64,000 bases of DNA from Octopus vulgaris. Lineage: Eukaryota. The notes beneath the pieces are model-generated. The model ran no database searches. It saw only the letters and a program-made list of their open reading frames with translations, and was not told the origin of the DNA. Positions 41,616-54,862 of the stretch are shown here, in pieces. The stretch lies in contig OX597835.1 of assembly GCA_951406725.2 (NCBI GenBank), positions 20,026,001 through 20,090,000 on the forward strand, in the 5' to 3' direction. Position 1 is the stretch's first letter. Each line of letters opens with the position of its first letter. A program made the translations under genes and the position numbers.

Positions 41616-42030
41616 GGCGCAGGTGTGGCTGTGTGGTAAGTAGCTTGCTAACCAACCACATGGTTCCGGGTTCAGTCCCACTGCGTGGCATCTTGGGCAA
41701 GTGTCTTCTGCTATAGCCCCGGGCCGACCAAAGCCTTGTGAGTGGATTTGGTAGACGGAAACTGAAAGAAGCCTGTTGTATATATGTATATATATATATG
41801 TGTGTGTGTGTATATGTTTGTGTGTCTGTGTTTGTCCCCCTAGCATTGCTTGACAACCGATGCTGGTGTGTTTACGTCCCCCGTAACTTCGCGGGTCGGC
41901 AAAAGGAGACCGATAGAATAAGTACTGGGCTTACAAAGAATAAGTCCTGGGGTCGATTTGCTCGACTAAAGGCGGTGCTCCATCATGGACGCAGTCAAAT
42001 GACTGAAACAAGTAAAAGAGTAAAAGAGTA
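41616..42030 (+). mobile_element. SINE A, full-length reference copy
   Basis: tRNA-like head (TGGCTGTGTGGTAAG; GGTTCAGTCCC), CORE-like CTTGGGCAAGTG, internal (TA)(TG), and (GTAAAAGA)n tail. Confidence 0.92.
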
Positions 42031-42759
42031 ATAGAAAGTAAAAGGTGAATTTATTTGGCACGGATATATCTCTGTGAAGCAGGAACAAAAATACAAAATT
42101 TCCTTTTTCTTTTCAAATATTTCCGTCATATCAAGCAAAATTTGGTAAAGAAATCTTCGCGTTCTATGCAGTAAAACTTATACTTGTGTAGCACCCATGA
42201 GATCTAAATTCACATTTGAACTTTAAATTACTTACATGACTGCAGAAAATTCAAGACATATCTGGTAAATATCTCACCAAATATCACAAACATACAACTG
42301 AGATAACTCAATGCCGACTGAATATCTCTGAAAAATTTAACCAACAGGTCCTTCATCAACATTACTTTCCGTAATGTCTTCATATATAACGCTCGTAAAT
42401 TTATATAACCGAAGCCATATTGAAACTCAAGATATCGAAAGAGTTTCCATAAGGCATTTGTTTGAAGTATGACCATAATCACCTCCGACAGTATACTTAT
42501 ATTGCAAAGTTTATATTCCCTGTTCAAGACAAGACTATTGCTAAGATATTTTCTTTCCTTTGTTATGGTTTTGCTTTGCCTCATTCCAAATTTATCCATA
42601 CGTTAAGACTATTGATTCTTATTTTAACTCGGAATCGTAGTTAATTTTTCTTGTTTTGCGCTCTCACTCTTGCTCTCCATCTCCAGCTCTATCTCTCTTT
42701 CGTTCTATACCTCTCTAATTATATATAGATATATATATATATATATACGCACAAACATA

Positions 42760-42801
<42 letters not shown>

Positions 42802-42859
42802 GAAAGACAGACAGGTACCTATCTAGTTTGTGAGACATACCTATGTCAGTCTGTGAGCT

Positions 42860-42944
<85 letters not shown>

Positions 42945-43021
42945 ATATATATATAGAGAGAGAGAAAGATAGACAGGTACCTATCTATTTTGAGAGACAT
43001 ACCTATGTAAGTCTGTGAGCT

Positions 43022-43080
<59 letters not shown>

Positions 43081-44175
43081 AGAGAGAGAGAGAGGGGCTG
43101 ATGGAGAAATGGAGGGAGATAGAGAAATACGTGCACGTATGTTTAAAAACTTGTGGGTATATGTGTATCATTAATTATCTCTTCATATGCACATAGCAAA
43201 TTTCTAGAGACTCTTAGAATTACCTTCAAATAAGATAAATAACTAAGAGAACGTACTGTATTCCCCCTTCATTGTAAAACAAAATTGTATATTGTTTCTC
43301 GACGTCGAACGCTTTATATTGTACGCAATTCAGTCGTTCTCATTAGTCGCAACTAATTTCTATTCTTTAAACTTGTTCCCAGTATTGCCAATCACATTCT
43401 ATTCATTGCACATCTGTAATATCAAATATCAAACGCTATTACGTTTTTGTTCTGTTCTTTCTTGTTGTTTTGTTTGTATATGTTTTAGCTACTGTCCTGT
43501 TTCATGCAGGATGTTATTTCCAATCAATTTCGAAGCAAAAAGTAAAGGAATCTTCTTCCTTCTCTTTTCAAGAATATCCTAGGTATAAATCTACACGGGA
43601 CAAAAGTAATATAACAGAAGCCTACTATAATCAACTGCAATCACTGATTCCTGTTTTGCTTATTTTTATTTCTTTTCCTAAGCTCATTTATTTCTGCCTT
43701 GCATTCACGTACACCGTATTTAAATAAGAGCTCATTACAGACGATGTTAGTGTGTGATATCTATAGAATATCACTAATTCAGAGGAGACTAGTTAAACAC
43801 TAGAAAATGAGACCGCGACGAAACACAATAACACAAGACAAATATGAAAGTATAGCAAGGTGATAATCATTATCAATGCTTATCTAATGGGATAGAGTTA
43901 CAAAAGTATAAACCACAAGATGAATGCAACGGAACAAACGTACATGTTGAAGTATGCATGCTTGATTTCATATGTATATATTTATGTGTGTGCGTCTTTG
44001 TGTCTAAATATGCATAATTGTATATGTGTGTGTATGTATGTATAACTATCTACTATCTATCTATTTATCTATCTATCCGTCTGTCTGTCTGAATGTCTCT
44101 CTCTCTCTCTCTCTCTCTCTCTGTACATATATATAAATGTGTGTGCTTGTATGTGTGCATGTGTATATATATATG

Positions 44176-44242
<67 letters not shown>

Positions 44243-44245
44243 CGT

Positions 44246-44504
44246 AACGATAAACTTCGCCCTTTTCAAGCCTAGCCAAGCCCATAGGCCCGGTTTCCCG
44301 GTTTCTGTGGCGTATGTGTTCCCCCTCAGCTTGACGAGACGCCAGCCCATCGCAGCGTTACTCATTTTTGACAGCTATGTGAACTGGAGCAACGTGAAAT
44401 GAAGTGTTTTGCTCAAGAACACATCGCGTCACCCGGTCCCGGAATCGAAACCAAAATCTTGTGATCATGATGCTGACACCCTCACCACTAAGCCACGCGC
44501 CTCC
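44246..44504 (-). mobile_element. SINE D: tRNA head, CORE-like body, tail shared with SINE B 23055
   Basis: Minus strand GGAGGCGCGTGGCTTAGTGGT...TTCTTGAGCAAAACACTTCATTTCACGTTGCTCCAG, then GCGATGGGCTGGCGTC...GCTTGAAAAGGGCG. Confidence 0.8.
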
Positions 44505-44889
44505 ACCATATATATAAACATATAATATATATACGAATTCGGTGTATTGTGTTCCATTACTTGATAAATGAAAGAAATGTATAAACTGATGACGTAACGT
44601 ATACTGAATATAGAAACGAACGGGAGACGAACAGAAAGTCCAATGGTACTGTTCAGTTTCGTGCCTTTAACGATAAAGCTGAGTGCTTCCCAATTGGCGG
44701 CGCCCGAAAAAAATATTTTCTTGCACAGAGTGAGTGACAAGAGCAAACAAAACGAACCAAAACAAGCAAAACGACACAGAGTTTGATTTAGGACGATGGA
44801 CGAGGACACACCCTCGAATAAAATACTGCCATAAAGGTCTTTATTCCCATGCTGGGAAAATAAGTTAAATAACGGTCTTATCCTTATTT

Positions 44890-45145
44890 ATATATATATG
44901 CATGTGTGTGTGTATATATATGTTTGTGTGTCTGTGATTGTTAACCCACCATCGCTTGACAACTGATGCTGGTGTGTTTACAACCCCGTAACTTAGCGGT
45001 TCGGCAAAAGGAGACTGATATAATCAGTACTAGGCTCACAAAAAATAAGTCCTGGGGTAGATTTGCTCGACTAAAGGCGGTGCTCCAGCATGGCCACAGT
45101 CAAATGACTGAAACAAGTAAAAGAGTTAAGAGTAAAGAGAGAGTA
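44890..45145 (+). mobile_element. SINE A, 3' half
   Basis: Starts at the internal microsatellite; complete tail. Confidence 0.85.
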
Positions 45146-45831
45146 AAAACGTGAACATCTGGCTACCATTTCTAGCCATACGCAAATCACCACATTGATC
45201 TTCTATTCCTAGAAGAAAGGGAAAAAAGCAAAATAAAAACAAAACCAAATGTCCATATGCCACAAGAGAGAAGTACTTTCGAAACCGGAGACCTTTTGTG
45301 TTAGGATGTGTCAGATAGTAAATAACATTATATTTCGGTTTTAATATTAACATCATATTTAATCCGCATCACTGGGGTTGTCGGCTCCAGAACGATTAGA
45401 GGCAGGCAACATTTTACTGCGCTAAGTCTTAGCGAAATAGGATTGAATATTTACGAAACATTTAAAGAGATTTTCATAAGAACACTTCACGTCAATTGCG
45501 ACGCCAAAGAAACTCCTCAGAGATTTCTATAAGAGAGAATAAATAATGGCATTTGTTATTGTTTTTCGAATTTAATATAGTAAATGGACTGAGAAAAATA
45601 TTCTCAGCTAAACATGACTGGATAAGCGAAAGTATAGTTAACGCAGGTAAGAAATTTGCACTTAGATCACATGGACCGAGGTTCTATATGAGAAAAATTG
45701 TTCAAAGACGATATTCTAATGTTTCTTCCGATTTACCTACATGTAAGAATTATTCCGTAGATGGAAATAGGAGAAAGATCCATTTCCCACACTCACTCAC
45801 ACACACAACAAAACACATATAAAAGTATATA

Positions 45832-46250
45832 TCATCATCATCATCATCATCATCACCATCATCGTCATCATCATCGTCATGACCATCATCATTACCATCA
45901 ATTCACGTCTGTCTTCCCTGCAGACATGGGTTGGAAGGTTCAACAAGAGCTGGCAAGCCAGAAGACTGTACCAAGCACCACTGTCTCTTTTTGAATGTTT
46001 TTCTTTATGGTTGGATGTTGTTCCTAACTGACAGAGTAGATTTGGTGTTTTTCACGTGGCACAGTCTACCTTGGTGTGTGTGTATTTTAAAGCTTGATGC
46101 TCATCCTAATGCCACCAGCACTGGCGACGACGGCTTTGGTATGGTTTCTATAACAGGATACCATTCCAAACGTAACCACTTTACAATGTAGACTGGATGA
46201 TTTTTACGTGGCATCAACACTAGAGAGGTCAACGTGTAACTTGCAAGAGA
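45832..46250 (-). mobile_element. Old retroposon-like repeat ending in an (ATG)n tail
   Basis: (CAT)n followed by a GC-richer segment with internal repeats of GGATG..(T/C)CCTAA and TTTT(T/C)ACGTGGCA; family not assigned. Confidence 0.4.
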
Positions 46251-46509
46251 AAGGCCCTTAGAGAATAGGAGTATTGGAGGAGACAGGCGTGTGCCAGGTA
46301 ATGAAGTTTAGTATATAAGAAAGATACAGAAGCATGTGTCTGGCTGAACAGGAGTTACATGATGACCCTATTCTTCTTAGAGCTGTATAAGTGGTGTTGT
46401 CAGTAAGGTGTAAGTCGGCCATGAATACAGTGAGGAATTTAAAGTACGGGTAGGTGTTCGCCAAGCCTTTGCTCACCAAGTGTTCGCCAAGTTGGTGTTC
46501 GCCCGGGTT

Positions 46510-46824
46510 TCAGTTGCACATGATCTCCTTGTTTGTGTCGAGAATGATGAAAACTGTTTGAAAACTTTGCTTAGGCCTCTACACAGGTATCGCCAAGATT
46601 TTCGCAAAATTTGATGCATATTCTCTGCCCAGCTACTCTATCATGGTCAATACGACGATCACATCCTACACACGCTTCTTGAAAGCGCTGCTGTAAACAG
46701 CAGATGTGAGCTGTTAAGTCTTGGTGCGCTCTCACAGCAGTGTTCTTGAGCGAAGTGGTTTTGCTCTCTGTACTTTAGATTTGTTCCACCAGCGACAGTA
46801 GGGATATTTATTGATCAGACCACG
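46510..46824. mobile_element. Mariner-derived remnant
   Basis: VAHDLLVCVENDENCLKTL peptide and a terminal GATATTTATTGATCAGACCACG followed by TA. Confidence 0.45.
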
Positions 46825-47142
46825 TATATATATATATGCACACATATATAATGGACTTGCTCATCGCTAGTTGTGTAAGGTCTCTGTAATTTCTCGATGA
46901 TCAACCACACTATTTTGATAATTATCAAATATTTTTTTTCACCTAAGCATAGCCCCACAATCAAATCGACATTATCTGTCTAGGTGCAAACCATGTCACA
47001 TGTCTTATGAAGAAAAGAGCGCAGAGCATGAACACAACCCACCGCTACTTCTGTGATTCGAAACTGTCGTCTTGCAATCGTGAATGTAACTCTCTAACTA
47101 CTAAGCCATACGCTTTTACACACACGCAATATATATATACAC

Positions 47143-47189
<47 letters not shown>

Positions 47190-47200
<11 letters not shown>

Positions 47201-47691
47201 CTCTAGTTGTGTGAGTGTCTGTCCCCTTCGATTTAGATTCCTAACTCCTCCCACATTTTGCGGTGCAGTTTAACCAAATTCGGGTATCTTATAGTAGTGA
47301 TTCATATCGAGCCCGTCTAACTATTAGCGCGCGTCAACGATGAGTCTACGATTTTAAAGATAATTTAACATCATATTTTATTCCATTTTAATGCATAAAA
47401 TGCATCTTGTGTCGATGGCGGCGGAGTTGGTGTCCACGGTCACAGCTGCACCTGTTTGCTTCTCCCCCTTCCCTCCCTCTTGAAGCTGTGTGGAAGGGAG
47501 TGTAAAGAAATCAACGTCGTAATGCGTTGTGAAGGAAACCAGCGTTCTTTTAGAACAACGACTTCATGGCTTGAAGACACCAAAACAAAAATGGCTAAGA
47601 AAGCCCGAATTTATAAGGGAAGTAACTCTCTAAAAATGCTTATATAGTTATTTCCCTTACAAACCCGAGCAACGCCGGGCGATACTACTAG
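47190..47691 (+). mobile_element. Non-autonomous Helitron, copy 1
   Basis: 3' GC hairpin CCCGAGCAACGCCGGG followed by CTAG then T (47688-47691); 5' end merges into the TA tract; no TSD. Confidence 0.82.
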
Positions 47692-48207
47692 TATATATAT
47701 ATAAAACTCTAGTTGTGTGAGTGTCTGTCCCCTTCGATTTAGATTCCTAACTCCTCCCACATTTTGCGGTGCAGTTTAACCAAATTCGGGTATCTTATAG
47801 TCGTGATTAATATCAAGCCCGTCTAGCTATTAGCGCGCGTCTACGATGAGTCTACGATTTTAAAAATAATTTAACATCATTTTTTATTCCATTTTAATGC
47901 ATAATTTTTCGTGTGTCGATGGCGGCGGAGTTGACGTCCACGCTCAAACACCTGCACCTGTGCCTGCTTCTCCCCCTTCTTCCCTCCCTCGTGAAGCTGT
48001 GGGGAAGGGAGTTTAAGGAAATCAACGTCGTAATGCGTTGTCAAGGAGACCAGCGTTCTTTTAGAACAACGACTTCATGGCTTGAAGACACCAAAACAGA
48101 AATGGCTAAGAAAGCCCGAATTGGCATCTATAAAGGAAGTAACTCTCTAAAAATGCTTATATAGTTATTTCCCTTAACAAACCCGAGCAACGCCGGGCGA
48201 TACTGCT

Positions 48208-48209
<2 letters not shown>
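47692..48209 (+). mobile_element. Non-autonomous Helitron, copy 2 (head-to-tail with copy 1)
   Basis: Co-linear with copy 1; same hairpin and CTAG then T at 48206-48209. Confidence 0.82.
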
Positions 48210-48250
<41 letters not shown>

Positions 48251-49294
48251 GTATTTACGAATATGTGTGTGTATACGAATTTAGATAAAAATATTGATTT
48301 AAATATATTTTCTATAATAAAATATATTTAATAATTATAGCTCTACATAGATGTTTTCCCAAGTTGTATTCGCTTTATGTCCGGTAGTTCAAGAGATATG
48401 TTATTCTGATGGCTTACATTTAGCCGTTTTAATTATATTTTCGTGTTTAAGTATCTTAGTGAAAAATGTCGTTACGATTTGTCTGTTTCAGTCAATATTA
48501 TATTATTTGAATATTTCTTTTTAGGTGGAAATATTCGTTTAAACATATTTTCAATAATTAATGTTTATATGTAATAGATATTTGTGTACATTTGTCTATT
48601 CCCACGTCGTCTAGTTTTAAAGCGATTGAAACTCGATAGTTTAAGTGATATGCTATTCCTTTAGTATACGTTTCGTTCTTTTAATGTTTCCTGTTTTAAC
48701 TATGTGCTATAGGTTGTTACGTAGCAATGTCAATAGGTTTAAGTTCTTTAATTAATCTATATGGCTACAGATCGACGTCGATTATTGCCGAAGTTATTAT
48801 TATTTTTCATTTTATGTATTTCCAACGTGTGTTTTCAACTATATACTTTGAATTCTCTTCAGTACGTTTCGTTCGCTAGTTCATTTAAAATTTTATGGTT
48901 TTCAATTTCTATAGTTGCTGGTGAGTTAAGGCCATTTTGATATATTTTGCTTTTTACTTTCTGTGCTTGTACCTACAGATATGTGATAATATATTTTGGA
49001 TCTGATGCATGTATTTGTATTGTAATGCACATATTGCACTTAAATGTGACCCCTGGTTCTTATATATTAATTTCTTATATATTAATGGCAGACGGTTTAT
49101 ATATTTACCTGATTTTCACACCACCGAATTGTGTTGAACTGCCCGGGTGTCAAAATCATAATGATATTCAGTGGGCAGCTGAAGATACAATATATACAAG
49201 TATTGTGGTAGTTTTACTTGCGTATGTAATATTCATAGCGGAACTCTTCTATCCCAAAGTTGACCTTGATTGAAATGGTAACTCTTGTAGGATG

Positions 49295-49459
49295 AATTTG
49301 GTATTCACAGTTCTTTAAAACATGGTCCACAGTCTTTTGTTGTACATATTATACCATGCATTGTTATTGTGTGATTGACCTTCTTTGAGCTATTATATCT
49401 GGTAACTTCAATACTTGGTTAGAGGTTTCTAGTTTAAGGAGATTTGTGTTGCATTTATG

Positions 49460-49495
<36 letters not shown>

Positions 49496-49715
49496 AAGTA
49501 TGGGGTTTAGTTCACAGGTAATCTAAACGATTAGGTACACTAGGTAAGTGCTGTAACTGATTTTCCTACCTCTTTGTCCCTTTCATGCGTCAAGTATTTG
49601 GTTTATATTTCTTGTTCCTGGACGCAATGGCATAATCTTCAAAGTGGTGGGCAGCAATCCGGTTGTTGGTCTACGAATAACTGCTTTGATTATCAATAGC
49701 ACTATCAGCTTGGAC
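49295..49715 (-). pseudogene. Possible R4/Dong-like non-LTR remnants
   Basis: HFEDYAIA/QEQEI*TKYL and KTVDHVLKNCE (zinc-knuckle-like) peptides; heavily decayed and may be two pieces. Confidence 0.4.
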
Positions 49716-50419
49716 CTGTGCATGTATGTATGTATGTATGTATGAATACATACGTCCCATATATGCATGTTGCTGCATAGATAGATTGGTAGATATATAG
49801 ATAGATAGATAGATAATTAGATAGATAGGTAGATAGATAGATAGATAGATAGACAGACAAATAGATAGATAGATACATATATTGATAGATAGAGAGGTGT
49901 ATATATATATGTATGTATATGTATATGTATATGTATAGACACGCGCATATATATTTGTCATAGCATATTGATATTTTTGTATTAATTTTCTTCTTACGAT
50001 AACGATAGCGTTGGTGATGATAGCGATTCCGATAATGGCTTGTACACCATTGGTTATGTTCGGAATAATACTATCAGTAATAGCAGCAGCATGCATACAA
50101 TAGGCATTGATAATGATCCACTGTACAAATCTGCTAGTGATAATAGTGAATTTCGGAGTGTCTTCATTTGTCTAACGAGTTTCATTGTGACAATTTGTTT
50201 ACCAATGGTGTCATTGCTTTTAATCTCAATTTTAAAAGCACACATGACGTTCATATATTCTTGTTAATTATGTTGTTTGAGATATTGCTGATCGTGTTCC
50301 TGGTTGTGCCATAGCTCATGCTAGAAATTTGTATATTGGTCGCGTTAATGGTAGGAATTTTATATAATTTGGTGAAGAAAACGAATGAAAGCCATACGTT
50401 GGTATCAGTCCTAGTTAAT

Positions 50420-50630
50420 GCGGTGAACTTTCAGAATCGTTAGCATGTCGAGCAAAATGTTTGCGGCCTTTTCCCGGTCTTTCCGTTCTTAGTTCAAATA
50501 ACACTGTGGTCGATTTTGCGTTTAATCTCTTCCGCCTTGGTGAAATAAGAACCAGTTGAGCCCTGGAGTCGATTAAATGACTTCAAGCCCTCGACGGGTT
50601 TGCTGGGTCTGCCGCAAAATTTGAAACCAA
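50420..50630 (+). mobile_element. SINE C variant, old
   Basis: CAGAATCGTTAGCA...AGTTCAAAT...GGTCGATTTTGC...GAAACCAAT. Confidence 0.6.
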
Positions 50631-50770
50631 TGTTAATATCACTTTTCTAAATAATGATAGAATAACCACAACAACCACAGAAACATACACACACACACAC
50701 ACATATATATATATGTATGTATGTATGTATGTATACATATACGTGCATGCATATATATATATACATGTAT

Positions 50771-50822
<52 letters not shown>

Positions 50823-50855
50823 AGCTGTAAAATAATATGTGACAATTATTCAATA

Positions 50856-50925
50856 GCCAAGATAAAACTCTGAGTTTCGGATGCCGGGGTGGAAATCCAG
50901 AACACCATCTCTTCGGTTATCTGGC
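50856..50925 (-). ncRNA. Type I hammerhead-like fold, U4C core variant
   Basis: Minus strand GCCAGATAA-CCGAAGA-GATG..CATC-C-GAAA-CTCAGAG-TT-TTATCTTGGC; stem I is 9 bp with one bulge. Confidence 0.6.
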
Positions 50926-51029
50926 CATCTGAAAAACGCTGTGAAAAAAGACCGTTATACAAAGGGAAATTTCCTCTTTTTACATAACATTGAGGTCTCT
51001 TTCTTTCTTTTGTTATCTTACCGGTTTTA

Positions 51030-51118
<89 letters not shown>

Positions 51119-52028
51119 ACATATACGTAATGCATTTATATATACATGTATATATACCATTTTTTAGACTCACATATACACACATATGTTGTGTGTGTGT
51201 GTGTGTTGGTGAGTGTACATGTGTGTTTGCGCACGCTTAAAAATATGACTGATAATTTTATGTTGATATTGTCTAATTATAATATCCTTACACGATTATT
51301 GACAAACACAAATGGATTTACGGTATCTGAATTTACAATCTAATCGTACCTTTCTTTAGAGATTATAAGAATACGCAGTCGTTAATATATTACAGAAACT
51401 TCAGAGAAAATAGACGGACAACAATAGGAATATTACACGAACTAAGATAAATTTAATCATCATGGGGACTTATTTTTGATTAAATTATATAATATAAACA
51501 CATTCTCTGCGAATTATTTATCAAGGGAACCGAGATGGACTGCGAACGAACCGTTCAGTTCTTTTGAATTATCCTGTACTTCGCATAAAAAGATATATAT
51601 TATATTCCATAGCAACATCTTCAAATGCGTAAACATGCAAGTTACGCTATCCACTTCAATGCGGGCATAAAGCGTGACTATTTCATATGCAGCTGACGTA
51701 TGTATTTCACTGAAAAAGGACGCCATGTTTATCTTGACTGAAGAGTGATTAAAAGAAAAAACAACCATGATAGTGTACTCGAGGTCACTCTTCCTCTATT
51801 TCGCTCTTCCTCATTTGTATAGAAAACATGTGTTTATCATTTTTTGAACATACGTTGATGCATTAGAATATTCGAATTTAGTCGTAATCTGCTGATTTGT
51901 GATGAAATTTACAGATATTTTCTGTGTGTGTGTATATATGAGCAATATCTCTCATCATATATAGTAACACACAGACAGGGACACATACATTCATGCATCC
52001 ATACACACACACACACACACAAACACAC

Positions 52029-52066
<38 letters not shown>

Positions 52067-52141
52067 CATACATTTATACATCCATACACAGAGACTTACA
52101 TATATATATATATATATACTTACATATATATATATACACTT

Positions 52142-52221
<80 letters not shown>

Positions 52222-53829
52222 AAATAAATAGAGAGAGTGCGTGTGTGTAAGGTTTGATAGACAAATACATAAAGTTATATATGCAAAGATTTATCTTGTA
52301 CATACTTTCTTTACAGTTTTCATGCTCGCCGTGTTCATATAAAGAACAACATTGTCCTTGGAGAACCAGATCACAAAATTAAAATTGTTTGCATTAACCA
52401 TACTTCCTTAGATTCAATGGACGTAATAAATGATACACATTTTTGATGATTAATATTACGATGAGCAAAAATGGCGCCTATTGTATGTGAGATCTCTTGA
52501 TATTTCCCTTAGGAAAATCTGCTTAAAATATAAAGGAAGGAGAAACATTACTCTATAGCGCGATTTCGACTTCCAGATTGAGCGACATTTAAGATGCATT
52601 AGTATGGCTTGCTTGCATGATATATGTATAATGATATTAAAGTAATATAATGGCTTAAATATATGTATTAGAACCATACATATTACGTGTCTATATAAAA
52701 TAATATTCGGATTCGTAATGAGACTACGATATAGTTGGCTCATGGTTGCATACACTGCTAGGAAAACACACCAAATGTTACTTAAATTGAATCTTCTATG
52801 TTTAAAAGTGAAAACACGCTAAGATAATTCAACATGCATATCTTCCCTAAAAGCTCTATATGCTGTATAAAGATTGTGCATAAAATGCCATTGATTATAC
52901 GTCTGGATACTAATTTGGAGGTCACGTGGGTGTTAAAACAACAAGGATTCTGACAGATATAGCTCAAATAATTTGTTTGTTTTGAGTGTAAACATGTTGA
53001 AGATTGCGTTTAAATAATGTTTGCTTGTAGACAAACCAAATAATGTATAGTTTAAATAGTGCCTCAATTGATGACAAACTAGATTACACAATCTTGAATC
53101 TAATATATCGGTTCGCAGTCTCTGTTCGATTATACCTTAGTCAATTGTCCTCAAATATTTTGCTGAGATTTGAAATTAAATTTGAAACAAGTGGGAGGTG
53201 ATATAATCTCTGCGTCATGTCTAATATACGGTTTAATTAACTGGCTACTCTGCTGCCTAGAAAGAAAGCATTGTAAATCTGCGAGAAGGAATTAAACACA
53301 AGGATATATATATATATAAGCAAAACATTCAAACACTGAAATTTGAAATCAGATATCACCACTGTTCATATCATCTGTGGATAAATTTTAAAATTGATGA
53401 TATCACCAGCAGCGACATAGGTGGATCGCAGGCGCAATAGCATGAAAAAGCTATGAATTATAAATTTGTACGAAACGTAAGGATGCTTAATAAGCATCCT
53501 CCTGCTAGAAATAAGAGCTAAAGTGTGAGATTTGTCCACCGTACCGCACTAAGATGAGAGAGAAAAACAGTATGCGAGGAAAACAGAAAGGATTAAAACA
53601 TTTAATAGCACAAAATAAAAATATTATGCAATTAGGGATACCCACAAACCAGGTTTCGGCTTTTAGGTATTGAAACCCTGAGCCTACCCGGTCATAATCC
53701 ATAACTGTCACGTTAAACTCTGACTGTGCAACAGGTTTTGATTCGCGCCAAATACAGAGCACATGGTGCATAAAATTTTATAAGCAAAACATTCAGACAC
53801 TGAGATTAGAAAATCAGACATCACTAGTG

Positions 53830-53866
<37 letters not shown>

Positions 53867-54096
53867 ATATATATATATATATAATAAAATATTAGGGAAT
53901 AAATCCAAACTTACAGGGACAAATCAGATTTAGGATTGAATCCAATTTTATAGTAAAATATTATATTATATTAAATTAGAGATAAAACCACTATTAGGAA
54001 AATCAAACAATGAAAAACTTAAGCCAATACATAAAATTAATTAATTTATATTATTTTAAATATATATCAAAAGTATTAAAAGTTTAATAAAAGATG

Positions 54097-54137
<41 letters not shown>

Positions 54138-54141
<4 letters not shown>

Positions 54142-54358
54142 AATCCGCTGCCATATTGTGGTTCACCGATCGCGGTTCACCTATCGCGGTTTATTCTTTA
54201 CACTTACTTCGATTCCTCCGTGGTGTTGTTTTGCATTTATAGTTTATAATACAAATTATAAAAATGATTTTAAAATATACAGTACATTATTGTTTCTACT
54301 TCGCGGATTGTCACCGATCGTCAGGTATTTGTCACATCCGCGATAGTCGGGGGATTAC

Positions 54359-54360
<2 letters not shown>
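54138..54360. mobile_element. Tigger/pogo-type MITE in a TA tract
   Basis: Imperfect TIRs CAATAATCC and GGATTACTG (CAGTA-type), with TA tracts on both sides. Confidence 0.65.
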
Positions 54361-54402
<42 letters not shown>

Positions 54403-54734
54403 GATATATTATGATGTAATCCGGAGAGATTAACCCGGATTATTTGTAAGATTATTTTTTACTATAGGAAGAAGGTCTGAAATTTATTATGTTTTTCTTT
54501 TGTGGCTGTGGGCCAGTCAATTACACGGACACCAGTTCTTAAATGTTGCTTATTTTATCGGCCACGAACAGATAAGATGCTAACTGATTCTTGGTCGCAT
54601 TGAGCTCCGTATATAATAAGTTTGAAGAAAAACCACTAATTATTGTGTCCAACGGTGAGCTCGCGTTCTTCGTTTGATGGAACAATAATCCTTTCTAATT
54701 TTAGCAGAAGGCCAGCAGTTACTTCGTGACTGTG

Positions 54735-54862
54735 AATTCGATTACATATATCCCAGTGTTGAACTGGTACCTATGTTATTGACGCCGAAGGTATGAAAGG
54801 TAAAGTGGACCTCATTGGCATTTGAGCTCCGAAAGATTTAATGATTCTGCCAATTTGCAACC
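54735..54862 (-). mobile_element. SINE C fragment, old
   Basis: TCGATTACAT..CCCAGT..AACTGGTAC..CCGAAGGTATGAAAGG.AAAGT.GACCTC. Confidence 0.6.

Noticed and set aside
42228-42599. 123-aa minus ORF and a faint LRR-like plus-strand reading
   Set aside because: No recognisable domain in the ORF; the plus frame has several stops and the resemblance is too weak.
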